Source of the DNA: Microgenomates group bacterium
GTDB lineage: Bacteria > Patescibacteriota > Microgenomatia > UBA10105 > UBA927
Length of the DNA: 64,000 nucleotides
Assembly (NCBI GenBank): GCA_049287205.1
Contig: JBAQFJ010000001.1
Coordinates: forward strand, 703,041 to 767,040
Direction of reading: 5' to 3'
Shown: positions 29,034 through 37,816 of the stretch, in pieces
How positions within the stretch are numbered: position 1 is the first letter of the stretch
Layout: each line of letters starts with the position of its first letter
Made by a program: the position numbers and the translations under genes
The notes under the pieces: generated by a model
What the model saw: only the letters and a program-made list of their open reading frames with translations
Told to the model about the DNA's origin: nothing
Databases searched by the model: none

Positions 29034-31136
29034 TTATACTTTCTTTGCAATAATCTTTTCTTGGATGTTTTTTGGCACCTCTTCGTAGTGACTTGGCTCC
29101 ATGTAATAGGAAGCTCTCCCTTTGGACAAGCTCCTGAGTGTCGTTGCATACCCTGACAGTTCTGCAAGCGGTACTGTAGCCACGATAATGGTCGTATTTC
29201 CCCGTTTTTGCGTGCCTACGATCTGCGCACGTTTCGAGGATAAATCTCCGATCACATCTCCCATATATTCATCCGGTGTTGTCACTTCCACTTTCATAAT
29301 AGGTTCAATAAGGGTAGCTCCTGCATGCTTCACTGCAGCTTGGAGTGCCATGGACCCTGCAATTTTGAATGATAATTCAGACGAATCAACATCGTGATAG
29401 GTTCCGTCATACAACGCAACAGACATATCTACGAGTGGATATCCTGCAATACAGCCGTTTTCCATTGCTTCAACCACACCTTTTTCCACCGGTTTAATAA
29501 ACTCCCGAGGTATTGCTCCTCCTTTGATTTCATCAATAAATTCAAATCCTTCACCACGTGGTTTTGGTTCAATACGAAGCCAACAGTGACCATATTGCCC
29601 ATGACCTCCGGTTTGCTTAATATATTTTCCTTCCGCTTCAGCCATTTTTGTAATGGTTTCTTTGTAGGCAACTTGTGGTGCTCCTACATTTGCTTCCACT
29701 TTAAATTCCCGTTTCATACGGTCAACCAACACATCCAAATGCAATTCTCCCATTCCCCAAATAATTGTCTGATTCGTCTCAGGATTGGATTTCACCTTAA
29801 ACGTCGGATCTTCCTCAGCAAGCCGTTGCAGTGCATATCCCATTTTTTCCTGATCATTTTTCGTCTTTGGTTCAATAGCCAAAGAAATAACAGGGTCTGG
29901 AAATGTAATCTGTTCCAAAACAATTGGATGATCAACATCCGCAATCGTGTCACCAGTGATGGTATCTTTAAATCCGACGACAGCTACGATTTCTCCTGCA
30001 AATGCTTCTTTAATTTCTTCGCGTTGGTTTGCGTGCATCAATAAAAGTCGTCCAATGCGTTCTTTGACATCTTTGCTCGAATTGTATGCGTAGGATCCAG
30101 CCTCAATTTTACCGGAATAGATACGAACGTAGGTCAATTTTCCCACATGCGGATCAATCTGCACTTTGAATGCAAGTCCTGTAAAATGATCTGTGACAAT
30201 ACGTTTTCTCGTTTCATTCTCCTGCGTTCGTGGATTGATTCCTTCAACATCCGGCATATCCAATGGGGATGGAAGAAAATCAACAACTGCGTCAAGAAGT
30301 GGCTGCACTCCTTTATTTCGAAGTGATGTTCCCGCATATACAGGAACTAATTTATAGGAAATAACTGCCCGACGAAGTGCCGCTTTTAATTCTTCAACGG
30401 TCGGCTCTTCGCCATTCAGGAATTTTTCAATGAGCACATCATCAGTTTCCGCAACCCGCTCAATGAGCTGATGTCGTTTTTCTTCAACGAGTTCTTTCAA
30501 CTCTTCAGGAATTTCAATAGTGTCAAATGTTGCACCAAGATCATCACTGTTCCAGATCATGGCTTTTCGGGTCAAGAGATCAACATTTCCTTTATATAAA
30601 TTTTCCCGACCGATCGGAACCACCATAGCAACAGTTCTTGCACCAAGTCTCTCTTCAATAGATGCAATTGTTGTCCAAAGATCCGCTCCAAGTTTATCCA
30701 TCTTGTTCACAAAACAAATACGGGGAACCTTATATTTATCTGCCTGTCGCCACACTGTTTCTGATTGTGATTGCACACCTTCTTCTCCGTCAAGGACGGT
30801 AATTCCTCCATCAAGAACGCGGAGTGACCGTTCTACTTCAGCGGTAAAATCAACGTGCCCCGGAGTATCAATGATGTTAAATCGGTAGCCATTCCAGAAT
30901 GTGGTGGTTGCGGCAGAAACGATGGTAATACCCCGCTCCTTCTCTTGTTCCATCCAATCCATGGTTGTTGTACCTTCATCAATGTCACCGATTTTATAGC
31001 TTTTTCCTGTGTAATACAGAATACGTTCTGTGGTGGTAGTTTTGCCTGCATCAATATGCGCGATGATACCGATATTCCGAACTTTATCCAAAGGAACATC
31101 TCGATTTTCTGTAACAGTTAAGTTTTGGGTAGCCAT
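29034..31136 (-). CDS. fusA: Elongation factor G
   Basis: 700 aa, '[20 protein letters not shown]', 'DTPGHVDF'. Confidence 0.95.
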   Translation of the reverse strand: MATQNLTVTENRDVPLDKVRNIGIIAHIDAGKTTTTERILYYTGKSYKIGDIDEGTTTMDWMEQEKERGITIVSAATTTFWNGYRFNIIDTPGHVDFTAEVERSLRVLDGGITVLDGEEGVQSQSETVWRQADKYKVPRICFVNKMDKLGADLWTTIASIEERLGARTVAMVVPIGRENLYKGNVDLLTRKAMIWNSDDLGATFDTIEIPEELKELVEEKRHQLIERVAETDDVLIEKFLNGEEPTVEELKAALRRAVISYKLVPVYAGTSLRNKGVQPLLDAVVDFLPSPLDMPDVEGINPRTQENETRKRIVTDHFTGLAFKVQIDPHVGKLTYVRIYSGKIEAGSYAYNSSKDVKERIGRLLLMHANQREEIKEAFAGEIVAVVGFKDTITGDTIADVDHPIVLEQITFPDPVISLAIEPKTKNDQEKMGYALQRLAEEDPTFKVKSNPETNQTIIWGMGELHLDVLVDRMKREFKVEANVGAPQVAYKETITKMAEAEGKYIKQTGGHGQYGHCWLRIEPKPRGEGFEFIDEIKGGAIPREFIKPVEKGVVEAMENGCIAGYPLVDMSVALYDGTYHDVDSSELSFKIAGSMALQAAVKHAGATLIEPIMKVEVTTPDEYMGDVIGDLSSKRAQIVGTQKRGNTTIIVATVPLAELSGYATTLRSLSKGRASYYMEPSHYEEVPKNIQEKIIAKKV

Positions 31137-31150
31137 AGATTTTTCGATAA

Positions 31151-31178
31151 AATAAAAAAACTGCTCAACAAGCAGTTT
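31151..31178 (-). terminator. Hairpin and U-tract between the CapA-like gene and fusA (terminator of the accessory block, or fusA leader attenuator)
   Basis: Minus strand 'aaactgct-tgttg-agcagttt' followed by 'ttttattttatc', ending 14 nt before the fusA ATG. Confidence 0.5.
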
Positions 31179-31194
31179 ATGCTTTCACCCTCCT

Positions 31195-31223
31195 ATTGTA
31201 CAAAAAAATACGCTGCATGTCTA
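31195..31223 (-). promoter_or_regulatory. Sigma70-like promoter overlapping the CapA-like stop codon
   Basis: Minus strand 'TAGACA'-N17-'TACAAT'. Confidence 0.4.
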
Positions 31224-32195
31224 GAACTGACGTACTATTTTCTCCTTTGCAGCCCCTTGTAAAAGAATTGGTTGTCCATACTCTTGAATATATATGGGAA
31301 TAAATTCTACGGTTTCGAGCTTTTTTCCAACAAATGTATATTTCCCAATCACACCGATTTTTGTTTCTTCACTCCACATCTGATCAAATATCGTATTTCC
31401 ATGCGCATACGTGATGAAACCGTCTTTATATTTCTCAGTAGGCTGTATCCAATGCGGATGATTACCAATAATAAGATCCGCTCCCGCATCAACTGCCGCA
31501 TGTGCCAACTCTTGCTGCCGCATGGAAGGATTCGCTTCATATTCCACTCCCCAACTCATACTGACAACCACAACATCACTTTTTTCTTTTGTTTCTTGTA
31601 TTTCTTTTTTCATCAGTTCTTCGTCAGCCCATGCAATCCCCTGTTCTTTATATCCAATATCGTTATATGCTAAAAACCCAACGCGAATATTTTTTACAGT
31701 GGTACTATATGGCTGGGTATCCGTTCCTGTTACAGGTAAACCATTCATTTTTAAAATTTCAATTGTTTCTAGTATTCCCTCTATGCCATAATTTCCCGCG
31801 TGATTGTTCGCAAGTGATACTACATCAACACCCGCAAATACGATGCCTTCAACATGGCGCGCGTCACCGCAGAATTTCATTCCCTCATCAGTTGGCACAC
31901 AGTTAGAAAGGAGTGGTGATTCAAGATTAATTAACGTAATATCACCTTGCTGCAATATTGGCGCAATATTCTTCCAACCCCAAGTAAAATCATTTCGTTT
32001 TATTGTCTGCGTGTTCACTGATCTGGCAGGAATCACATCGCCAGTCGCAACAAGCGTCCATGGTTCTTCTGTACGTATAGAATTTTCGAGAATAAAAGAA
32101 GGAAGGGTAGACGTTTGTTTTGTTGCCTGAAAAAACAAAACAACTGAAACAAATCCTACGATGCATACACCAACTACCATCAGTCGTTTCATCAC
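31221..32195 (-). CDS. CapA/PgsA-family metallophosphatase (poly-gamma-glutamate synthesis protein-like), N-terminal TM anchor
   Basis: 'ANNHAGNYG', 'GNHPHWIQP', 'SMSWGVEYE' calcineurin-like CapA motifs. Confidence 0.7.
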   Translation of the reverse strand: MMKRLMVVGVCIVGFVSVVLFFQATKQTSTLPSFILENSIRTEEPWTLVATGDVIPARSVNTQTIKRNDFTWGWKNIAPILQQGDITLINLESPLLSNCVPTDEGMKFCGDARHVEGIVFAGVDVVSLANNHAGNYGIEGILETIEILKMNGLPVTGTDTQPYSTTVKNIRVGFLAYNDIGYKEQGIAWADEELMKKEIQETKEKSDVVVVSMSWGVEYEANPSMRQQELAHAAVDAGADLIIGNHPHWIQPTEKYKDGFITYAHGNTIFDQMWSEETKIGVIGKYTFVGKKLETVEFIPIYIQEYGQPILLQGAAKEKIVRQF

Positions 32196-32674
32196 AATGT
32201 TTTCAATGTGTTCGTCGTTTCATCCATACAACTATCAAGAAGTGACTTTGGAATTTGATATGGTGCAACGACAGCACAGGAAGGATAACTTTGTCCGGAA
32301 TAAATATACTTCCATATACCATTTTCCATCACTCCCCACCATTGCGCTCCACCTTGCGCCCCCTTTTCTGTCACTCCGCCAATTGCGTAGTCTCCTATTT
32401 GCTTACTTTTGGTAATGATATATTTTGTCGGATCAGTTCCGAATTCTTTACCAATTGCAACAGCTATTGGCGTCAAATCATCGGACGCTTCTGTTGGACT
32501 GATGGACGCTGATGGTGACGCCGCAGGCGTTTGTATAACTGTATCTTGAGATTCCGTAATTCCCGGCAGTGAGACACTGGGAACTTTTTCATTCTTTTTT
32601 CCACCAAAATAAATTGCAGCGCTAATACAAAGAGCACCCACAAGAATGGCTATAACAATTTTGTTTCCATTCAT
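32192..32674 (-). CDS. Hypothetical secreted or membrane-anchored protein
   Basis: 160 aa, N-terminal hydrophobic helix then Ser/Pro linker; no recognised domain. Confidence 0.45.
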   Translation of the reverse strand: MNGNKIVIAILVGALCISAAIYFGGKKNEKVPSVSLPGITESQDTVIQTPAASPSASISPTEASDDLTPIAVAIGKEFGTDPTKYIITKSKQIGDYAIGGVTEKGAQGGAQWWGVMENGIWKYIYSGQSYPSCAVVAPYQIPKSLLDSCMDETTNTLKTL

Positions 32675-32699
32675 AGGAAGCCTCCTTTAAAAACCCCTT

Positions 32700-33320
32700 T
32701 TATTCTTCTGTAGTTTCTTCTTTTGGCGCGAGAGTTATGACGATACTTGCTCCTTTTTTCTCTTCATCTTCCCCTACGATGAGTCCGCCTGCCATATCAC
32801 CTTTTGAAATTTCCCATGTCGCGGATGTTCCTATGTTCATGGTTGATCCAATTTCCCAACCATTCTTCGGTAAATTCGCTTCATAATATGCAGTCACTTT
32901 CGCAGCTTCATCTGTTGTTGATAAAATTAACCAAAATCCTTTTCCGGCATTATTTTCGGCACCGGAAATATTTCCCTCAACTTTTACACCCGGATAAATT
33001 GGAAAATCTTTAGGAAAATCCGCCGGAATTTTTCCCTCTGTGCCAAAATTGATCTCTGCACCTGTTTTATCATCCTTGATTTTCATACTCTTTCCTTCAG
33101 TATCCATGGAAATACCGGTTTTCTGTTCAATTCCCTTTTTCATGAAGTTTAGCCCGATTTTGGAAAAAATAACTTGTCCCGCCACGCCAATGAGAATACC
33201 AATGACAACTAAAATCCCGACACATCCGATTGCGATCTTAATGCCGACTGGTAACGGTTTTGATTTTGAAGGAGATGAAGTAACAGATTCCGTTTTTTTC
33301 TTTGCTGCTGTTTTTGCCAT
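32700..33320 (-). CDS. Hypothetical membrane-anchored protein
   Basis: 206 aa, basic N-terminus, one TM helix, extracytoplasmic domain; no recognised domain. Confidence 0.45.
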   Translation of the reverse strand: MAKTAAKKKTESVTSSPSKSKPLPVGIKIAIGCVGILVVIGILIGVAGQVIFSKIGLNFMKKGIEQKTGISMDTEGKSMKIKDDKTGAEINFGTEGKIPADFPKDFPIYPGVKVEGNISGAENNAGKGFWLILSTTDEAAKVTAYYEANLPKNGWEIGSTMNIGTSATWEISKGDMAGGLIVGEDEEKKGASIVITLAPKEETTEE

Positions 33321-33361
33321 AGGAGTACTCCTTTAAAAAAATAATATCTACTCCTTTTATC

Positions 33362-34495
33362 CTACTCCACTTCTTCCCCGCTTGGCAATTCCAGACTTTT
33401 AATTGGAGAAAGCGCCGCACCTGCAATCCCCTGCATACTCCCATATAAACCGGCTACACCTGTGAGGAGTTTATTTACCTGCATTTCGCGAAGTTTCCAA
33501 GAACGTTCAAACGACACGCGTTCTTTCTGAATTTCTTTTTGCATTTCCTGATAGGTTTCAATCATCGATTCCATCTGATGCTGAAATTCATGGCTCGTCA
33601 CGAATCCGTATAATTCTTCTGCTTTGGAAGATTGTGCACCCGCAATTTTCTTTTGTTTTGCTGCATCAAGAAGTGATTTTCTGAGAAGTGCCGCAAGTGG
33701 CAATGCTAATTTTGGTGACGCGATCCACACGCCATCTTTAAATCCCATACCGGATTTTGCCTCTTCAGGAAGGGAATCAGACACAATTGCAGGAATATGT
33801 GCTTTATCATGGAGCATATCTTCTTTTAATTTACTGATCCATCCGTCAGACCATGCTTTCGTCCGTTTTGATTCCCAAAGGATTGTTCCGCAATCCATAC
33901 CCATCGGACTTTTTACCACTTGCCTGATGTCAGCTCCTAGTACTCCTTTTCCGACCGGTTCAATTCCGTCAGCAGGAAATGTTGCGTGTAATGTTTCTTC
34001 AAGATCTAACTCCTGTACCTCCCCTTGCAGTTGTTGTGATCCGACACTTCCCTTGCGCTGCAATTCTTCAATAGTTTTTTGCATACTTTCAAGTCTGGTA
34101 TCGCGCTCCTTAAGTTCCATCCTATGTTTTTCTGATTCCTCTTCTTTTGCTTTTTGTCTGATTTTTTCCTGTTCCTCCAAAAGCTTTTTTTGCATCGCAA
34201 CTTCCGCATTCTCTCTGGCTGTTTTTTCCTCACGGAGTTGTTTCATGAGTTCTGATAATTGTTCACGGAGTTCTTTATTTTGTTTTCTATTTTCAAGTAA
34301 CTCTTCCTCACGGAGTTTTGATTCTTCCACAAATTTTTCTTTCGCATCAGCAACTGCTTTTTCCTGAAGTCGAAGCAATTCTTCTTTTGATTTATTTTTT
34401 ACATCTTCTTCGATGTGTTTTCGCAAATCCTTTTCCAACGCATCATTCATCTCAAACGACTTATTGCAATGGGGACATGTGATGGTTGTCATCAT
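33362..34495 (-). CDS. DUF2130-like protein: N-terminal zinc-ribbon, long coiled coil, C-terminal conserved domain with a D...ExK motif
   Basis: 'CPHCNKSF'; about 150 aa of E/K/R/L heptads; C-terminal 'GKGVLGADIRQVVKSPMGMDCGTILWESKRTKAWSDGWISKLKED' as remembered for the DUF2130 family. Confidence 0.55.
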   Translation of the reverse strand: MMTTITCPHCNKSFEMNDALEKDLRKHIEEDVKNKSKEELLRLQEKAVADAKEKFVEESKLREEELLENRKQNKELREQLSELMKQLREEKTARENAEVAMQKKLLEEQEKIRQKAKEEESEKHRMELKERDTRLESMQKTIEELQRKGSVGSQQLQGEVQELDLEETLHATFPADGIEPVGKGVLGADIRQVVKSPMGMDCGTILWESKRTKAWSDGWISKLKEDMLHDKAHIPAIVSDSLPEEAKSGMGFKDGVWIASPKLALPLAALLRKSLLDAAKQKKIAGAQSSKAEELYGFVTSHEFQHQMESMIETYQEMQKEIQKERVSFERSWKLREMQVNKLLTGVAGLYGSMQGIAGAALSPIKSLELPSGEEVE

Positions 34496-34532
34496 AATGG
34501 CTTTATTGTACAGGAAAATCCCAAAAAGTCAC

Positions 34533-34940
34533 TTATCTGTTTGAAAAGAAAACGGTGAGCTGAATAACGGAGGCGGTACTCACCCATAAAAAGTACGGAA
34601 TCTGCAAGAAAGAAATTCCTTTTGAGTTTTTCCACATGAGAAAAAATTGTGCAACGATTGTTATCCAAACAATGACAATATCAAGTGTTGCTAGCGGAAT
34701 ATTTTTCATTCCAAAAAATATCGGACTAAACAACAAATTTGCAATCAGATTCACAGTAAAAATAACTGCGATCATCCATGAGAGTTTTCCTTTGAGGGTA
34801 TTCACCATGACGTAGATAAACGAGACGGCAATCATTGGATATAAAATCGACCAGATGATCCCGATCGTTGATCCCGGTGGAGTCCATGAAGGTTTTATAA
34901 GCCCGTCGTACCAAGCTTTCCAAGTTGCAACTGGTGGCAT
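34533..34940 (-). CDS. tspO: TspO/MBR family tryptophan-rich sensory protein
   Basis: 'LIKPSWTPP', five TM helices, Trp-rich. Confidence 0.75.
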   Translation of the reverse strand: MPPVATWKAWYDGLIKPSWTPPGSTIGIIWSILYPMIAVSFIYVMVNTLKGKLSWMIAVIFTVNLIANLLFSPIFFGMKNIPLATLDIVIVWITIVAQFFLMWKNSKGISFLQIPYFLWVSTASVIQLTVFFSNR

Positions 34941-34951
34941 ATGATTCCTCC

Positions 34952-35782
34952 TTACTTAGATAAAATGTAGGTATCTTGATTATATCCCCCGACGCCGATA
35001 AATTCCGCTTTTCCATTCAAAATCATTTCATATGGCCTGCATGCGGCACATCCGTCTTTTTCTTTACAGACGAACCGCCCCAGTTTTCGTGCCAGTGAAA
35101 CAGTCCGTGCAATTTCCAAGAGTCGCTTCATCGCATCTTCCTCAGTCGGTAAATCCACATCTACAGGCTCAGTGTCACGATTCAAATACCAATACTGCGC
35201 ACCGTATACCCGTTTTGTCTGACAGTTATTCGCAAGTAAGGTATAAATAGGAAGCTGTAACGAATCAGCATCTTCGTCAAATTTTCCTGTCTTAAAATCA
35301 ATAATCCGCACGCTGTCGACATCCTCCATATATTCAAGCCAATCCAGTTTCCCGCATAGAATAATATTCTGTTCTTCTGACAGCCAAAAATATGGGAGTT
35401 CCTGTCGGATCTTAATAGCTTTTTTGAGAATCGGTCCGGGGTTTGCCATAATCCGCTCCATCATTTCTATTCCCCGTTGTTTATACTTTTCCTCTTCCTC
35501 TTGGCTCATAAATCCACCCTTTTTTCCGGTGACAGATCCCCAGGCTTTTTCAAATTTTTCAATTAATGACACTTTTAATCGTTCTTCCACTGGAAGTGTC
35601 GACAATGATTCAACAACACTGTGTACTATTTGACCTAACGCAAGTGCTGGCTGCATGATCGCAATCTTATGATTATTTTTCGGGTCTCTGTACATGTTTT
35701 TCAGATAATATGCACGGGGACATTTGAGATAATCAGTGATGGAAGAATGGGATAACCACGTTGCTGAATATTTATCTTTCAT
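34952..35782 (-). CDS. Cas4/RecB-family PD-(D/E)xK nuclease with 4-Cys Fe-S cluster (stand-alone)
   Basis: Cys 'LKCPRAYY' plus 'CKEKDGCAAC'; RecB motifs 'GKLDWLE', 'RIIDFKTGK', 'QLPIYTLL'. Confidence 0.75.
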   Translation of the reverse strand: MKDKYSATWLSHSSITDYLKCPRAYYLKNMYRDPKNNHKIAIMQPALALGQIVHSVVESLSTLPVEERLKVSLIEKFEKAWGSVTGKKGGFMSQEEEEKYKQRGIEMMERIMANPGPILKKAIKIRQELPYFWLSEEQNIILCGKLDWLEYMEDVDSVRIIDFKTGKFDEDADSLQLPIYTLLANNCQTKRVYGAQYWYLNRDTEPVDVDLPTEEDAMKRLLEIARTVSLARKLGRFVCKEKDGCAACRPYEMILNGKAEFIGVGGYNQDTYILSK

Positions 35783-35817
35783 ACTGATTCGAATTATATC
35801 ATGCTACAATAAACACC

Positions 35818-36897
35818 ATGAAAAACACCTTCATGAGTTTCACGTTCGGATGCCGAGTGAATGAAGCGGAAAAACAGCGGTTGGATCAGGAGCTTCTTGA
35901 TGCCGGATTTTCTTGGAATAAAAAGCACCCTGATTTTTATATCATCAATTCCTGCGCGATTACGGGGAAAGCAGAACGCGAAGTGAGACAGCATATCTAT
36001 CAGATACGAAAAAAATACCCGCTAGCAAAAATCATTGCTACGGGATGCTCCGCTACGCTATGGATGAAAAACAACACGCTTCCGACCGGCGCTGATCATT
36101 GGATAAATAATACAGATAAATCTTCAATTCCGTCATTTCTTTCATCCCTTGCTGAAACCGACACTATGCCGAGCGATACAAAAACGCCCGATAAATTTTT
36201 ATCGACCGGTCGCGTGATGATAAAAATTCAAGACGGGTGCAACAGATTCTGCTCTTACTGTATTGTTCCTTTTACCCGTGGAAGTGCAACTTCAAGAACA
36301 ATTAAAGAAATTATTGATGAAATACAACACATTAAAACACCTGTCAAAGAAATCATTCTCACGGCAATCAATACAGAATATTTTGGTCTGGATACAGGAG
36401 AAACATTATCACATCTGGTTGATGCAATACTTACGCAAACAAAAATTGACCTGATAAGTTTTGGATCCATTCACCCTTGGAGCATAACCGATGAGTTTCT
36501 TTCATGGTACAAACTGAACAAAGATAATCCCAGATTTGTTCATTTTTTCCATATACCCATTCAATCAGGTTCCACTGCAATACTTGAAGCGATGCACAGA
36601 CCATATAAAAAAGAAACATTATTAAAAAACCTGACTACAATTCATTCCATAAATCCGACAGCGCTCATTGCAACAGACGTTATTGTGGGATTCCCCGGAG
36701 AAGGAGAAAAAGAATTTGAGGAAACATATCAGTTCTTAGAAAGTAGTCCGATTACCAAATTCCATGTGTTTCGCTATTCCCCACGACCCGGAACAGTTGC
36801 CTCCACAATGAAAGATACAGTATCATCCCAAATCAAACGCGACCGTTCTTGGAAATTAATAGAACTTGGAAAAAAGAAAATGAAGCTTACCACTTAA
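35818..36897 (+). CDS. Radical-SAM methylthiotransferase, MtaB/RimO/MiaB family (no TRAM domain)
   Basis: N-terminal MTTase 'FTFGCRVNEAE'; 'DGCNRFCSYCIVPFTRG'. Confidence 0.75.
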   Translation: MKNTFMSFTFGCRVNEAEKQRLDQELLDAGFSWNKKHPDFYIINSCAITGKAEREVRQHIYQIRKKYPLAKIIATGCSATLWMKNNTLPTGADHWINNTDKSSIPSFLSSLAETDTMPSDTKTPDKFLSTGRVMIKIQDGCNRFCSYCIVPFTRGSATSRTIKEIIDEIQHIKTPVKEIILTAINTEYFGLDTGETLSHLVDAILTQTKIDLISFGSIHPWSITDEFLSWYKLNKDNPRFVHFFHIPIQSGSTAILEAMHRPYKKETLLKNLTTIHSINPTALIATDVIVGFPGEGEKEFEETYQFLESSPITKFHVFRYSPRPGTVASTMKDTVSSQIKRDRSWKLIELGKKKMKLTT

Positions 36898-37360
36898 AAT
36901 GCGCGAATGCTCTATTTGCCTCAGCAGCACGGAGCATGGTATCCCGTTTCTTGATTGCTTCTCCAACGCCTTTTGATGCATCCATAAGTTCAGCTGCAAG
37001 TTTCTCGCCAAATGTGTGGAATTCTTTGTTTGATCGTTTTCCAGCAAATTGGACAATCCATCGAATAGCAAGTGCAACTCGTCGGTCTCCTCGGACTTCC
37101 ATAGGAACCTGATAAGAAGCTCCGCCAACACGTCGTGCTTTCACTTCAAGTTTTGGTCCCACAGTGTTTAATGCATTTTCAAACACTTTCATTGGATCTT
37201 CGCCTTTTTCTTTAATAATTTCGAGTGCACCGTACACTTGTCGTTCTGCTGTTCTTTTTTTACCGCTGACCATTACCCTGTTGATGAAACGGGTAAGCAT
37301 CCGATTTTGGTAAATCGGGTCTGCCGGTAATACTTTTTTGTAGTTTTTTGCTGATCTCAT
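36887..37360 (-). CDS. rpsG: 30S ribosomal protein S7
   Basis: 'MRSAKNYKKVLPADPIYQN', 157 aa. Confidence 0.9.
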   Translation of the reverse strand: MRSAKNYKKVLPADPIYQNRMLTRFINRVMVSGKKRTAERQVYGALEIIKEKGEDPMKVFENALNTVGPKLEVKARRVGGASYQVPMEVRGDRRVALAIRWIVQFAGKRSNKEFHTFGEKLAAELMDASKGVGEAIKKRDTMLRAAEANRAFAHFKW

Positions 37361-37376
37361 AGATGTTTAAATAATA

Positions 37377-37814
37377 TTAGTTTGCTTTTGCTGCTGCCGG
37401 ACCTGTGACAGTCTTTTTTGTACCATATCGGCTTCGTCCTTTTTTACGATTCGCAACCCCTGTGGAATCATATTTACCACGAACGATATGATATTTGACT
37501 CCTGGTAGATCGGGAACTCTGCCACCCCTGATCATAACGATTGCGTGCTCTGTAAGTTCATGACCGATTCCCCCGATATATGCTGTCACTTCTTGTTTAT
37601 TAGATAGTCGTACACGAGCAACTTTACGAAGTGCCGAATTTGGTTTCTTTGGCGTCATCGTTTTAACCAATGTTACCACTCCCCGTTTAAATGGAGACGG
37701 TGTCTGGTGCATCTGTCTTGTCTTTGTGTTAAAAAACTTACGGAGTGCCGTAGCTTTTACTTTTTTTGACTTTCTGTGTCGTCCAAATTTGATAAGTTGA
37801 TTAATTGTTGGCAT
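37377..37814 (-). CDS. rpsL: 30S ribosomal protein S12
   Basis: '[12 protein letters not shown]', '[16 protein letters not shown]'. Confidence 0.95.
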   Translation of the reverse strand: MPTINQLIKFGRHRKSKKVKATALRKFFNTKTRQMHQTPSPFKRGVVTLVKTMTPKKPNSALRKVARVRLSNKQEVTAYIGGIGHELTEHAIVMIRGGRVPDLPGVKYHIVRGKYDSTGVANRKKGRSRYGTKKTVTGPAAAKAN

Positions 37815-37816
37815 AG

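Noticed and set aside
31137-36897. Mobile element (IS, integron or prophage) as the origin of the str-operon insertion
   Set aside because: No transposase, integrase or recombinase ORF was found. No flanking direct or inverted repeats or att-like duplication were recognisable by eye. Mobility remains unproven rather than excluded.
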